Of a DNA stretch of 64,000 bases, positions 45,040 through 60,100 are shown one piece after another. Origin of the DNA: Eledone cirrhosa (taxonomy: Eukaryota). Under the pieces are notes generated by a model. The model was given only the letters and a program-made list of their open reading frames with translations, was not told where the DNA came from and made no database searches. Position numbers and translations under genes: made by a program. The DNA lies in contig OZ024747.1 of assembly GCA_964016885.1 (NCBI GenBank), positions 91,574,001 to 91,638,000 on the forward strand. The letters run 5' to 3'. The number at the start of each line of letters is the position of its first letter. Positions within the stretch are counted from its first letter, which is position 1.

Positions 45040-46658
45040 TAGGGATACATGATATGAAGGTTAAAAAACACTTGTGAATAGTGACGTTTTAAATCAACAT
45101 ATGAAAAATAATTTAAGATTGATGTGTGATATTGGGAAAAAGTGAGGGGGGTTGGAAAGGGTAAGGAAGAGGAGGAGATGAGAGTAAAGAATGGTGGGGG
45201 AGGAGTATAAGAAGGAAGGATGAGAGAGGAGGAGAGATGGGTGATAGAGAGAGAGAGATAGCCTTTACAACTGAGAAAAATATATATTGTCTCACAGAGA
45301 GACGTTAAAAAGCCGTCGGAAGATAATAGTTAATTTAAAAGAATTTGAAATTAAAAGTTGATGAAGAGAAAAGGGGGTTAAGAATAATATTAAATTAATA
45401 ATATTTAATAATATGTGCGAGGAAAAGAAATTGTTAATATGTATTATTAAAATAAAAATATTAATGTTATTAAGGATATAATGTGAAAAGAAGTAGAAGA
45501 GTGGATGAGTTATGAATTTAGAAGAATTAGTTTGTGTTTAAGTTTGTTTTTCTGTAATGTAATATGTGTGCGTAATATATGTAAATAGTTTGTTTAAAAA
45601 TGAGCGCAGAAAGCAAAGAAGAAAATAATATTTAAGGAAGAAAATATCTAACATAAAAAATATATATGTTTACGAAATATTTTCTAATGTTAATAATATT
45701 AAAGAAAATTAGTTAGGGTTTAAGTTTGTTTTTATGTATTGTAATATGTAATATGTAAAAGTCAAACGAGCATGAAAGGATGAGATAAGGAATTTAAGGA
45801 AGAAAATTCTAACGTCAAAAAATCTTTATGTTTACGAAGGACTATTAAAGGTAATACTATAATGTATTTAAAAGATGATAATAATTTTTTTTATGGCCAA
45901 TGATATGAAGAAAGATGACTTTTACATATTACATATTACAATACATAAAAACAAATTTAAACCCTAACTAATTTCCTTTAATATATTATATTATTACCAT
46001 TAGAAAATATTTCGTAAACATATATATTTTGTTATTAGATATTTTCTTCCTTAAACATTATTTTCTTCTTTGCTTTCTGCGCTCATTTTAAAACAAACTA
46101 TTTTCATATATTACGCACACATATTACATTACATAAAAACAAACTTAAACACAAACTAATTCCTCTAAATTCATAACTCATCCACTCTTCTACTTCTTTT
46201 CACATTATATCCTTAATAACATTAATATTTTTATTTTAATAATACATATTAACAATTTCTTTTCCTCGCACATATTATTAAACCCTTCAATATACAAACC
46301 TTAACTTAATGTTATCTTTAACTCCTTTTTCTCTTCATCAACTTTTAATTTCAAATTCTTTTAAATTATCTATGATCTTCCAACGGCTTTTTAACTTCTC
46401 TCTGTGAGACAATATATATTTTTCTCAGTTGTAAAGGCTATCTCTCTCTTTCTCTCTATCACCCATCTCTCCTTCTCTCTCATCCACTCCTCCCCCACCA
46501 TTCTTTACTCTGATCTCCTCCTCTTCCTTACCCTTTCCAACCCCCCCCCCCCTCACTTTTTCCCAATATCACACATCAATCTTAAATTATTTTTCATATG
46601 TTGATTTAGAACTTCACTATTCACAAGTGTTTTTTAACCTTCATATCATGTATCCCTA

Positions 46659-46722
46659 TTTTATCTGATATCACAGATATCATCTCATGATGATATTTGG
46701 TTTTGAAATGCGCGTAATAAAA
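46659..46722 (+). ncRNA. Decayed family C hammerhead (inverted copy)
   Basis: ttttat-CTGATAT..-GAAAT-gcgc-GTA-ataaaa; core damaged. Confidence 0.6.
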
Positions 46723-46768
46723 TACTTGGAACTCTTTTAACCATCTTTTGATCTTATATTATATATAT

Positions 46769-46800
<32 letters not shown>

Positions 46801-47676
46801 TTAAGAGTTAAACAAGGTTCAATGAATACATCTAAGAATGAGTTTTACACACATACATGTGTGTGTATGTATTTGTATGTATGTGTGTGTGTATATGTAT
46901 GCATATATATGTGTATATATATATATATGTGTGTGTGGATGTATATGTGTATGTGTATGTATGTGTATATGTATATGTATGTATGTGTGTGTGTATGTAT
47001 TTATTTTTATGTATGTGTATGTGCAATTATGTGTATTGCTTACTACGTGTGTTTGTTCATTTATTTGTTGCCTGTATCGTTGTCAACTTTATAATAATTT
47101 TTACATTTGTTTTTATTCTTATGTGACGGTATTTTTATTATATTTTTTCTTATAATTAATTGTGTGTGTGCGTATGTAGGTGTGTGCGTATGTAGGTGTG
47201 TGTAGATATATCTATATTTGTGTATGCGTATGTATGCGTGTATATATGTGTTTATGTATGTGTGTGTATGTACGTGTGTATATATGTATGATTATGTGTA
47301 TGTATGTATATATATATATATAGATGTATATATAGATGTATATATATATCTATATATATATGCATGTGTGTGTGTGGTGTTTGTGTATTTGTGTGTATGT
47401 GTGTGTATGGATATGTTGTTATATATGTGCGTATGTATGTATATGTATATGTATGTGTATTTGTACGTGTATGTATATGTGTATGTATGTATATATATAT
47501 ATATTATTGTGTGTATATGTATGTATATATATGTGTATGTATATATATGTGTGTATGTAATTGTGTGTGTGTGCATGTGTGTTTATTTTTCCTTTCTTTC
47601 TTCCTTTCCCAGCCTCACTTTCATATAGATTATATTTTGTTTTTAAAATCTAATGTCAATAAATACACCAGGATTT

Positions 47677-47737
47677 TTTCATTCTGATTATTGAAAGCAA
47701 AATTTATTTGCTTTCAAGAAACCACTGGTAAATGAAA
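47677..47737 (+). ncRNA. Family B hammerhead with G8->U core change
   Basis: tttcatt-CTGATTA-ttgaaagcaaa..tttgctttcaa-GAAAC-cactg-GTA-aatgaaa. Confidence 0.75.
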
Positions 47738-47762
47738 TAATTGCCTTATGTTGTTTATTACA

Positions 47763-47799
<37 letters not shown>

Positions 47800-47927
47800 G
47801 TGTATATATATATATATATATACGTGTGTGTGTGTGTGTATATATACAGGATGTCCCAGAAAAATGTATACACATATTTATCAGAATGCCCTTGAAATGT
47901 GTAATATATTTTTGGGTGACATCAGCA

Positions 47928-48016
47928 GAGGTCCGATGAGCTTTTGATTCCAGAGATGGGCCAGCTCGATACAGACCAAGTCTTGAGCTGATCAATAGCG
48001 AAACGCGCGTCACTAC
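47928..48016 (+). ncRNA. Family A hammerhead, CCGAUGA variant
   Basis: gaggt-CCGATGA-gcttttgat...atcaatagc-GAAAC-gcgc-GTC-actac. Confidence 0.75.
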
Positions 48017-48736
48017 ACGATAAACGTAATGAAGACATAACAAATCGTCCTTTTACTATAATATGTATATATGTATATATATATACACATACATACACAC
48101 TGTCTCCATTAGTGTCACTATTCACTTTCGGATTTTGGTGGTTTTCGGTTTACGGCAACTCAGATAAAATATTATCAACTCGTTATTTATGGCGTATTTA
48201 AACAATTATTCTAACATTAGATTTTCTTTAAATAAAATCAATATCTAAGACTTTTCAGTACAATCAAGTCCCTACATTCTAATGTTTTTATTAATTATTT
48301 GTGGGCTCGAATTTTTTCTATTTTCATACCACTTAGATATAAAATTCAGATTGTTTAATATATTCTAAATAACCGTAGAATTATTCCGAAATTGTTCAAT
48401 TTTCATGTAATCTAAAAATAATGATGGCATTAAATAAATGCTGATCTTTAGTCCATAGTTTTAATTCTTGCGTTCCATATTCTTCTCCGTTGTTTGTCAT
48501 TATATACACAAAACCATTGGCAACAGACCTATGACACATCTGTAATTATAGACACGCAGAGAATTGTGAATAAGTCGTTAAAATTAGTGTAGCTTTCTTA
48601 ATTTTATTTTACTATCCTAGCTTTATGAGTATAGTTTGAAAGTTTAAGTTATATTATATTAGAACTCCTAATTATATATATATATATTCTTGTGATCAAT
48701 TATATTTTATTATACATATTTCAGAGGTACAGAATA

Positions 48737-48810
<74 letters not shown>

Positions 48811-48817
<7 letters not shown>

Positions 48818-48949
48818 GTATATATATACACACATATATAAAGCTTTAAAAAGACGAACAGAGATAATTTTTTTTTTTTCATCTTTCAGTTACAATTTTA
48901 TCTCTGTGTTCGTCTTTTTAAAGCTTTATATATGTGTGTATATATATAC

Positions 48950-48956
<7 letters not shown>
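48811..48956. repeat. TA-embedded inverted repeat
   Basis: aaagctttaaaaagacgaacagagataa / ttatctctgtgttcgtctttttaaagcttt. Confidence 0.85.
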
Positions 48957-49020
<64 letters not shown>

Positions 49021-49171
49021 TATGTATAATACAATGTAATTGATCACAAGAATATCTATTTTGTTAATATTTTGAATTAATATTAATAACTCTGGAAAAT
49101 ATTTTGTAGAGTGCTTCCAATCTATTGTAAAAGTCATTCTTTGGTGTATTCATTGAATCTTGTTTAACTCT

Positions 49172-49228
<57 letters not shown>

Positions 49229-49230
<2 letters not shown>

Positions 49231-49561
49231 TAAAACATGTCTATAGAATCACCAGATAAAATATATACCGTTTCCTCTCCCAATTAGCATAATTAACCAC
49301 ATGTCTTCTAGTTTATTTTACACCTAATTCTGTTTAGTTGACTGTATATTTGGTCGATTTATACATGCTGTCGAAATATCCGATAAATGATCCGTCGTAA
49401 CCGCCGCGAAGGGGCTGCTTTCGGTTATTTGTCGGAGATTTCTTCATAGGAGCCTTTATTCTTATAGCTTGGTCTAATTGATTTATTATGTGGTTAATTA
49501 TGCTAATTGGGAGAGGAAACGGTATATATTTTATCTGGTGATTCTATAGACATGTTTTATG
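49229..49561. repeat. 74-bp inverted repeats around a ~185-bp spacer, next to (TA)n
   Basis: 49229-49302 mirrors 49488-49561. Confidence 0.9.
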
Positions 49562-49575
49562 CTATATAGCTCTGA

Positions 49576-49848
49576 GTGGATTGGCAGTATCAGTAGAGAG
49601 TCGGATGTCATGCTTTCCAGCATAGTTACGTCCCTTTACGATCTGAGTTCAAATCCCGCAGAGGTTGACTCTGCCTTTCATCCTTACGGGGTCGATAAAA
49701 TAAAGTACCAGTAATGCACTGTGTAATTGCTGTCCTTGTGCCTAAAGTCTAAACAATTATTTAATCTATTAATTCTTCATTGAGCCACAAAGTGTCCCGT
49801 TGCAAAACACATATATATTTATGACTTTATATATATGTATATGTAAAC

Positions 49849-49945
<97 letters not shown>

Positions 49946-50252
49946 ATATATATATATTAGAAAAACGGGTTTCTTATCTATAAGCATATACCTAAAACAA
50001 AAATATCTATGTGTATATATTTAAGTGACACTAATATAAAAGGATTATTATAACAAATTGGTGGTAGATTGGCAGTATCGGTAGAGGGTCGGACGCCATG
50101 CTTTGCAGCATAGAGTTGTGGTCCTTGCCATTCTGAGTTCAAATCCCGCCGAGGTTAACTTTGCCCTTCATCTTTACGGGGTCGATAAAATAAAGTACCA
50201 GTAATTCACTGGATAAATGCTGGCCTTGTGCCAAAAAGTAGAAACAATTATT
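49576..50252 (+). mobile_element. Two full-length tRNA-derived SINEs (49576-49761, 50060-50252)
   Basis: Same family as 14732; the second has an imperfect TSD ttatta(t/a)aacaaat. Confidence 0.85.
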
Positions 50253-50879
50253 AAAACAAATGAAACTTTCTACACGCCGGACTTGAAAGGTTTACTATCA
50301 CAGCTTAAGGCCGTGTAAGTGTTCATTTTATTCTACACTTACATCGGTCTTTCCTTTAAAAAACATTCCGTCTCAATACCAGAGGGACAAGTTAATACAC
50401 ATGCATTTTATGGTAAGTTATTAGAACTTTATGCTTTCAGTACACTGTAATGAGAATGTAACCTTTAATTCTGCAAGCACCAGAAAGATATTAATTTGAA
50501 TCACCTGACTATATCTCATGCCTGTTTAGCTACCACATATAAATATAAGCAAACTCCTTTTCTTTCCCGTTTGCTTCTGAATTATTTTGATTTGTGAAAC
50601 ATCAACGATATTTCCTCCCAGAATCTTCTTTATCATTTCATTATTTTTTGCTGAGTTCAGGTTTGCTTTGCCTTTCATCCTTACAGGGCCGATAAACTAT
50701 CAGTAATGCACTGGGGTCAATTTAATCAACTTTCCTCTCCCCCCAAACCCTTAATTTTTGCTTCTATGTTATTTTATTCTGAGTAATATTGTTAGTTTGA
50801 AACGCTGCAGTGTGCTAAGGGCGCTAAAATTGTGATACGTATTATATTGCTTTATTACTATCATTGGTAAGTTTTCACA

Positions 50880-51800
50880 TCTTGTGGGAAATTTGGGTGG
50901 ACGATCATGTTGCAAGTCATCATACTTTATATCCGCTTGTCTTTCCCAGCATAGTCTTTCTCCATTTGTTACTTTCCTTCATCATCTCCTCAATCAAGTT
51001 CAGCTCTTTGAGATCGATTCTCATCATTCCTGCCCAGGTCTTCCTTGGTCTTCTTCTGCCGTTGACAAATACCACTGGGACATCTTAGCACTCCTTTGCC
51101 CAACGAACATCATCATTTAGCATCATTTACTATATCTGATTCCTCGTATACCAAGTCTCTTCTCTCAACTCACCCATGTTTTGCTGCTCGTGTATATTAA
51201 CATCACAACTATCAAAGCATGCTCTCTTCATTTCTCTTCAACCTTCGCATATTCTTTGCATATTCTTTGCATGAACCGTCCATGTCTTACTACCATACAA
51301 CATGACATCATAAACCGATCTTTAGTACAGTGAAACCTTTAGATGTCAAAAAAGTAAAAGCACCATGAACATTTCCCACCCTGTTCTTATTATAGTTGCT
51401 ATACTTTCAGAGCTTCACCACCCACTGCTAATTAAGTAATCTAAATAACAGAAAATATCAACTACTTATAAAGCAGATTCGTAGGATTAGAAAAAAAAAA
51501 GAATTATTCACTGAGTCCCTTACTGAAAACTCTCACTACCTTTTCCTTTTCCTGCAAGTCTACTTGGTATCCCAGCACATCTCTTGTTTATCCTTATTTT
51601 ACATTGTGTACATTGTGTAGAGTTCCTACCTACTTCTTATCTACACATGGAGCACGGCCAATTTCCTGATGGGTTAAAGTCATGTCTTATTTCCTACTTA
51701 CTAAAACTAGTATTTTTCTATAATACTTTTAAGTCACTGCGATTTCTAGTTGTCTCCCTTATATATACAATTAGTTTGTGTTTAGTACCTTTCCTGTTGG
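50880..51800 (-). mobile_element. Decayed RTE LINE ORF2 3' part
   Basis: MRRLKRNEESML; GRRRPRKTWAGMMRIDLKELNLIEEMMKESNKWR. Confidence 0.75.
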
Positions 51801-52139
51801 CTCAGCATGTAGCATTGTTTTCTATTCACAGAAATGGCTAATATCAACTGATTAAAATGCATAAATAGATAGTATATAGAAATATCTGTTCTCCTAAGAC
51901 GGATTCCTACTGAAATCACCATGACGGCATTATAAATAACAGCATTTTAATCTGGCCTCAACAGGAGATGACATTCGTAAAACTGTTATATTCTTCATTC
52001 CAACCTTCCAAAAGCCGAGCATACTTTGTTTGTCTCACCAGGAACACCACCTGCTCACATATACTGTAACCCACATCAGCACACGCTTCTCAACACCATC
52101 CAAACCACATTCACACCCAAAACTACCAAAACCAACAAC

Positions 52140-52472
52140 CACAATCATCACCACCAACATCATCACCACCACCAACATCACCACCACCAACATCACCAAC
52201 ATTATCAACACTACCATCATCATCACCACCACCAACATTATCACCACTACCATCATCATCACCACCACCATCATCATCACCACTACCAACATCATCACCA
52301 CAACCAACATCATCACCACTGCCAACATCACCAACATCATCACCACTGCCAACATCACCAACATCATCACCACTGACAACATCACCATCATCACCAACAT
52401 TATCCTCACCAACACCACCACCAACACCACCACCATCATCATCACCATCATCACCAACATCATCATCACCAC
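52140..52472. repeat. (CAT/CAC/CAA)n trinucleotide array
   Basis: Direct reading. Confidence 0.9.
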
Positions 52473-52964
52473 GACCATCTTAATCCCGATGTAATTTTTC
52501 TTGTAGTAAAGAATTTTTCTCTTTCCGGTTTGTTTTCATAGTGGAATAATTATTCTGTTAACATTAATGTAATGGCGGCTGTCTATTACACTGGCTAAAC
52601 ACTTATCTGTCTACAAACATACATGCATACACATACACATACATACATATATACATACATACATACTTACAAACATACATACTTACATACATACATACAT
52701 ACTTACATAAATACATACACACATACTTACAAACATACATACTTACATACATACACACATACTTACATAAATACATACACACATATTTACAAACATACAT
52801 ACTTACATGCTTACATACTTACATAGTTACATAGTTACATACATGCATACGTACATACAAACATACACTTACTATCATACATACATAAACACATATAATA
52901 CACGCATACACATACATACACATACATACACACAAAGACACATACATACTCACATACATACATA

Positions 52965-53023
<59 letters not shown>

Positions 53024-53140
53024 CGTGATGTATATGATATTTAATGCGATGAAATACCAATGATCGTTGGCAAATCACTGATGAGGGACTCATTTTATAA
53101 CATGTTATCCATGTGTAACCATGCAGTATTCTTCTCCCCA

Positions 53141-53169
<29 letters not shown>

Positions 53170-53171
<2 letters not shown>

Positions 53172-53416
53172 GTAAGCTATCGCCGTATTTTGACTAAAGA
53201 AAGTAAAGAAATTATTTAGCCTGATAGTGGGGTTAAGAACCCTCGGAGAAATGGAAAAAAATGAGTATTGACGTACCATCTTTTTCCATTTCTCCGAGGG
53301 TTCTTAACCCCACTATCAGGCTAAATAATTTCTTTAATTTCTTTAGTCAAAATACGGCGATAGCTTACATTTCTAATAATTTTAAACCCACTCGCTGTTT
53401 CGAAAATATTCTTACT
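53170..53416. mobile_element. TA-embedded fold-back copy of the 20370 repeat
   Basis: Arms 53170-53262 / 53276-53370. Confidence 0.85.
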
Positions 53417-53425
53417 TGATATATA

Positions 53426-53471
<46 letters not shown>

Positions 53472-53697
53472 GAGGTTATATTTAATTTGTTGGGATACAA
53501 CAAGCAAAATATTTTTATAACTGATATAAAGCACTCAACAAATTATTGGAGTAAATATACAATATATTAACAAACGGAAATTATATTTATAAAACCATAT
53601 TTATTTCATTATACATGACTAACCAGGAGATTCCAACCAGAATGGTTGCAATTTTTAAGGGTATGTCAATATTTATTTATAAAACTAACTTATATTA

Positions 53698-53763
53698 TAT
53701 TTTATCTGATGAAAGCGCAACATGGTTTGCTTAGGTGGCCCTTGAAATATGTATAATGAAATA
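53698..53763 (+). ncRNA. Hammerhead ribozyme, intact core
   Basis: tattttat-CTGATGA-aag...ctt-GAAAT-atgt-ATA-atgaaata; 53560-53616 is an inverted copy of 53749-53805. Confidence 0.75.
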
Positions 53764-54169
53764 AATATGGTTTTATAAATATAGTTTCCATTTGTTAATA
53801 TATTGTTTATATATTATATATATATATAAACAAGACAAGCATAGATACATATGTAAACATATATAGGTAGGTCTCTCCCTCTCTCTTTACACACCCACAC
53901 ACAGACACACACATACATATATTATTTATATATATGTATTTAAATATATTATTTATATATATATATGTATATATATTATTTGTATATATGTACTTAGAGA
54001 TACAGAGGCCGCGATTTAAATAAATAGATAGAGGGTTATATAGATAGATAGATATAGATATATACACATCTGCATACATACACACATTCTCGCTCTGTCA
54101 TACACATACATATATATGTATATATGTATGTAGGTAGGTATCTATATATGTATGATGTCGGTATCTATA

Positions 54170-57100
54170 TATGTATGTCTGTATGTATGTCTGTAAGTAT
54201 ATCTATCTATGTGTAAGTAAGTCTCTCTGTATATAAGTATGTCTCTCTGTATGTAAGTACGTCTCTCTGTATGTATGTCTCTCTGTATGTATGTATGTCT
54301 CTCTGTATGTAAGTATGTCTCTCTGTATGTAAGTATGTCTCTCTGTATGTGAGTATGTCTCTCTGTATGTAAGTATGTCTCTCTGTATGTAAATATGTCT
54401 CTCTGTATGTAAGTACGTCTCTCTGTATGTAAGTATGTCTCTCTGTATGTATGTCTCTCTGTATGTAAGTATGTCTCTCTGTATGTAAGTATGTCTCTCT
54501 GTATGTAAGTATGTCTCTCTGTATGTATGTCTCTCTGTATGTAAGTATGTCTCTCTGTGTGTAAGTATGTCTCTCTGTATGTATGTCTCTCTGTATGTAT
54601 GTATGTCTCTCTGTATGTAAGTATGTCTCTCAGTATGTATGTATGTCTCTCTGTATGTAAGTATGTCTCTCTGTATGTATGTATGTCTCTCTGTATGTAT
54701 GTCTCTCTGTATGTAAGTATGTCTCTCTGTGTGTAAGTATGTCTCTCTGTAAGTATGTCTCTCTGTATGTAAGTATGTCTCTCTGTATGTATGTATGTCT
54801 CTCTGTATGTATGTATGTCTCGCCGTGTGTAAGTATGTCTCTCTGTAAGTATGTCTCTCTGTATGTAAGTATGTCTCTCTGTATGTATGTATGTCTCTCT
54901 GTATATAAGTATGTCTCTCTGTATGTAAGTATGTCTCTCTGTGTGTAAATATGTCTCTCTGTATGTATGTCTCTCTGTATGTATGTATGTCTCTCTGTGT
55001 GTAAGTATGTCTCTCTGTATGTAAGTAGGTCTCTCTGTATGTAAGTATGTCTCTCTGTATGTGAGTATGTCTCTCTGTATGTATGTCTCTCTGTGTGTAA
55101 GTATGCCTCTCTGTATGTATGTCTCTCTGTATGTAAGTATGTCTCTCTGTATGTATGTATGTCTCTCTGTATGTAAGTATGTCTCTCTGTATGTAAGTAT
55201 GTCTCTCTGTAAGTATGTCTCTCTGTATGTATGTATGTCTCTCTCTATGTAAGTATGTCTCTCTGTATGTATGTCTCTCTGTATGTAAGTATGTCTCACT
55301 GTAAGTATGTCTCTCTGTATGTAAGTATGTCTCTCTGTATGTATGTATGTCTCTCTGTATGTAAGTATGTCTCTCTGTATGTATGTCTCTCTGTATGTAT
55401 GTATGTCTCTCTGTATGTAAGTATGTCTCTCTGTATGTATGTCTCTCTGTATATAAGTATATCTCTCTGTATGTATGTATGGCTCTCTGTATGTAAGTAT
55501 GTCTCTCTGTATGTATGTCTCTCTGTGTGTATGTATGTCTCTCTGTAAGTATGTCTCTCTGTATGTAAGTATGTCTCTCTGTATGTAAGTATGTCTCTCT
55601 GTAAGTATGTCTCTCTGTATGTAAGTATGTCTCTCTGTATGTATGTCTGTCTCTCTGTATATAAGTATGACTCTCTGTATGTAAGTATGTCTCTCTGTAA
55701 GTATGTCTCTCTGTATGTATGTCTCTCTGTGTGTAAGTTTGTCTCTCTGTATGTAAGTACGTCTCTCTGTAAGTATGTCTCTCTCTATGCAAGTATGTCT
55801 CTCTGTGTGTAAGTATGTCTCTCTGTATGTATGTCTCTCTGTGTGTAATTATATCTCTCTGTATGTAATTATGTCTCTCTGTAAGTATGTCTCTCTGTAT
55901 GTAAGTATGTCTCTCTGTGTGTAAGTATGTCTCTCTGTGTGTAAGTATGTCTCTCTGTGTGTAAGTATGTCTCTCTGTGTGTAAGTATGTCTCTCTGTAT
56001 GTAAGTATGTCTCTCTGTATGTATGTCTCTCTGTATATAAGTATGTCTCTCTGTGTGTAAGTATGTCTCTCTGTGTGTAAGTATATCTCTCTGTATGTAT
56101 GTCTCTCTGTATGTAAGTATGTCTCTCTGTATGTAAGTATATCTCTCTGAATATATGTGTGTCTCTCTGTATATAAGTATGTCTCTCTGTATGTAAGTAT
56201 GTCTCTCTGTATGTAAGTATTCCCTCTCTAAGTAAGTATGTCTCTCTGTATGTAAGTATATCTCTCTGTATGTAAGTATGTCTCTCTGTGTGTATGTATG
56301 TCTCTCTGTATGTATGTCTCTCTGTATGTATGTCTCTCTGTATGTATGTATGTCTCTATGTATGTAAGTATGTCTCTCTGTATGTAAGTATGTCTCTATG
56401 TGGGTAAGTATGTCTCTCTGTATGTAAGTATGTCTCTCTGTATGTATGTCTCTCTGTATGTAAGTATGTCTCTATGTGTGTAAGTATGTCTCTCTGTATG
56501 TAAGTATGTCCCTCTGTATGTATGTATGTCTCTCTGTATGTAAGTACGTCTCTCTGTATGTATGTCTCTCTGTATGTATGTATGTCTCTCTGTATGTATG
56601 TATGTCTCTATGTATGTAAGTATGTCTCTCTGTATGTAAGTATGTCTCTATGTGTGTAAGTATGTCTCTCTGTATGTAAGTATGTCTCTCTGTATGTATG
56701 TCTCTCTGTATGTAAGTATGTCTCTCTGTATGTAAGTAGGTCCCTCTGTATGTAAGTACGTCTCTCTGTATGTAAGTATGTCTCTCTGTATGTAAGTATG
56801 TCTCTATGTGGGTAAGTATGTCTCTCTGTATGTAAGTATGTCTCTCTGTATGTATGTCTCTCTGTATGTAAGTATGTCTCTATGTGTGTAAGTATGTCTC
56901 TCTGTATGTAAGTATGTCCCTCTGTATGTATGTATGTCTCTCTGTATGTAAGTACGTCTCTCTGTATGTATGTCTCTCTGTATGTATGTATGTCTCTCTG
57001 TATGTATGTATGTCTCTATGTATGTAAGTATGTCTCTCTGTATGTAAGTATGTCTCTATGTGTGTAAGTATGTCTCTCTGTATGTAAGTATGTCTCTCTG

Positions 57101-60100
57101 TATGTATGTCTCTCTGTATGTAAGTATGTCTCTCTGTATGTAAGTAGGTCCCTCTGTATGTAAGTACGTCTCTCTGTATGTAAGTATGTCTCTCTGTATG
57201 TAAGTATGTCTCTCTGTATGTATGTATGTCTCACTGTATGTAAATATGTCTCTCTGTATGTAAGTATGTCTCTCTGTATGTATGTCTCTCTGTAAGTATG
57301 TCTCTCTGTATGTAAGTATGTCTCTATGTATGTATGTCTCTCTGTATGTAAGTATGTCTCTCTGTATATAAGTATGTCTCTCTGTATGTAAGTATGTCTC
57401 TCAGTATGTAAGTATGTCTCTCTGTATGTATGTCTCTCTGTATGTAAGTATGTCCCTCTGTATGTATGTATGTCTCTCTGTATGTAAGTACGTCTCTCTG
57501 TATGTATGTCTCTCTGTATGTATGTATGTCTCTCTGTATGTATGTATGTCTCTATGTATGTAAGTATGTCTCTCTGTATGTAAGTATGTCTCTATGTGTG
57601 TAAGTATGTCTCTCTGTATGTAAGTATGTCTCTCTGTATGTATGTCTCTCTGTATGTAAGTATGTCTCTCTGTATGTAAGTAGGTCCCTCTGTATGTAAG
57701 TACGTCTCTCTGTATGTAAGTATGTCTCTCTGTATGTAAGTATGTCTCTCTGTATGTATGTATGTCTCTCTGTATGTAAATATGTCTCTCTGTATGTAAG
57801 TATGTCTCTCTGTATGTATGTCTCTCTGTAAGTATGTCTCTCTGTATGTAAGTATGTCTCTATGTAAGTATGTCTCTCTGTATGTAAGTATGTCTCTCTG
57901 TATGTAAGTATGTCTCTCTGTATGTAAGTATGTTTCTCTGTAAGTACGTCTCTCTGTATGTAAGTATGTCTCTCTGTAAATATGTCTCTCTGTATGTAAG
58001 TATGTCTCTCTGTAAGTATGTCTCTCTGTATGTATGTATGTCTCTCTGTATGTATGTCTCTCTGTGTGTAAGTATGTCTCTCTGTGAGTATATCTCTCTG
58101 TATGTAAGTATGTCATTCTGCATGTATGTCTCTCTGTATGTAAGTATGTCTCTCTGTATGTATGTATGTCTCTCTGTAAGTATGTCTCTCTGTATGTATA
58201 TATGTCTCTCTGTATGTATGTATGTCTCTCTGTATGTAAGTATGTCTCTTTGTATGTCTCTCTGTATGTAAGTATGTCTCTCTGTATGTATGTCTCTCTG
58301 TATGTAAGTATGTCTCTCTGTATGTATGTCTCTCTGTATGTAAGTATGTCTCTCTGTATGTAAGTATGTCTCTCTGTGTGTAAGTATGTCTCTCTGTATG
58401 TATGTATGTCTCTCTGTATGTAAGTATGTCTCTCTGTATGTAAGTATGTCTCTCTGTATGTATGTCTCTCTGTATATATGTATGTCTCTCTGTATGTAAT
58501 TATGTCTCTCTGTATGTAAGTATATCTCTCTGAATGTATGTGTGTCTCTTTGTATATAAGTATGTCTCTCTGTATGTAAGTATGTCTCTCTGTATGTAAG
58601 TATGTCCCTCTCTAAGTAAGTATGTCTCTCTGTATGTAAGTATATCTCTCTGTATGTAAGTATGTCTCTCTGTGTGTATGTATGTCTCTCTGTATGTATG
58701 TCTCTCTGTATGTATGTATGTCTCTATGTATGTAAGTATGTCTCTCTGTATGTAAGTATGTCTCTATGTGGGTAAGTATGTCTCTCTGTATGTAAGTATG
58801 TCTCTCTGTATGTATGTATGTCTCTCTGTATGTAAGTATGTCTCTCTGTATGTATGTGTCTCTGTATGTATGTATGTCTCTCTGTATGTATGTCTCTCTG
58901 TATGTAAGTATGTCTCTCTGTATATAAGTATGTCTCTCTGTATGTAAGTATGTCTCTCTGTATGTAAGTATGACTCTCTGTATGTATGTCTCTCTGTATG
59001 TAAGTATGTCTCTATGTGTGTAAGTATGTCTCTCTGTATGTAAGTATGTCCCTCTGTATGTATGTATGTCTCTCTGTATGTAAGTACGTCTCTCTGTATG
59101 TATGTCTCTCTGTATGTATGTATGTCTCTCTGTATGTATGTATGTCTCTATGTATGTAAGTATGTCTCTCTGTATGTAAGTATGTCTCTATGTTTGTAAG
59201 TATGTCTCTCTGTATGTAAGTATGTCTCTCTGTATGTATGTCTCTCTGTATGTAAGTATGTCTCTCTGTATGTAAGTAGGTCCCTCTGTATGTAAGTACG
59301 TCTCTCTGTATGTAAGTATGTCTCTCTGTATGTAAGTATGTCTCTCTGTATGTATGTATGTCTCTCTGTATGTAAGTATGTCTCTCTGTATGTAAGTATG
59401 TCTCTCTGTATGTATGTCTCTCTGTAAGTATGTCTCTCTGTATGTAAGTATGTCTCTATGTAAGTATGTCTCTCTGTATGTAAGTATGTCTCTCTGTATG
59501 TAAGTATGTCTCTCTGTATGTAAGTATGTCTCTCTGTATGTAAGTATGTTTCTCTGTAAGTACGTCTCTCTGTATGTAAGTATGTCTCTCTGTAAATATG
59601 TCTCTCTGTACGTAAGTATGTCTCTCTGTAAGTATGTCTCTCTGTATGTATGTATGTCTCTCTGTATGTATGTCTCTCTGTGTGTAAGTATGTCTCTCTG
59701 TGAGTATGTCTCTCTGTATGTAAGTATGTCATTCTGCATGTATGTCTCTCTGTATGTAAGTATGTCTCTCTGTATGTATGTATGTCTCTCTGTAAGTATG
59801 TCTCTCTGTATGTATATATGTCTCTCTGTATGTATGTATGTCTCTCTGTATGTAAGTATGTCTCTTTGTATGTCTCTCTGTATGTAAGTATGTCTCTCTG
59901 TATGTATGTCTCTCTGTATGTAAGTATGTCTCTCTGTATGTATGTCTCTCTGTATGTAAGTATGTCTCTCTGTATGTAAGTATGTCTCTCTGTGTGTAAG
60001 TATGTCTCTCTGTATGTATGTATGTCTCTCTGTATGTAAGTATGTCTCTCTGTATGTAAGTATGTCTCTCTGTATGTATGTCTCTCTGTATATATGTATG

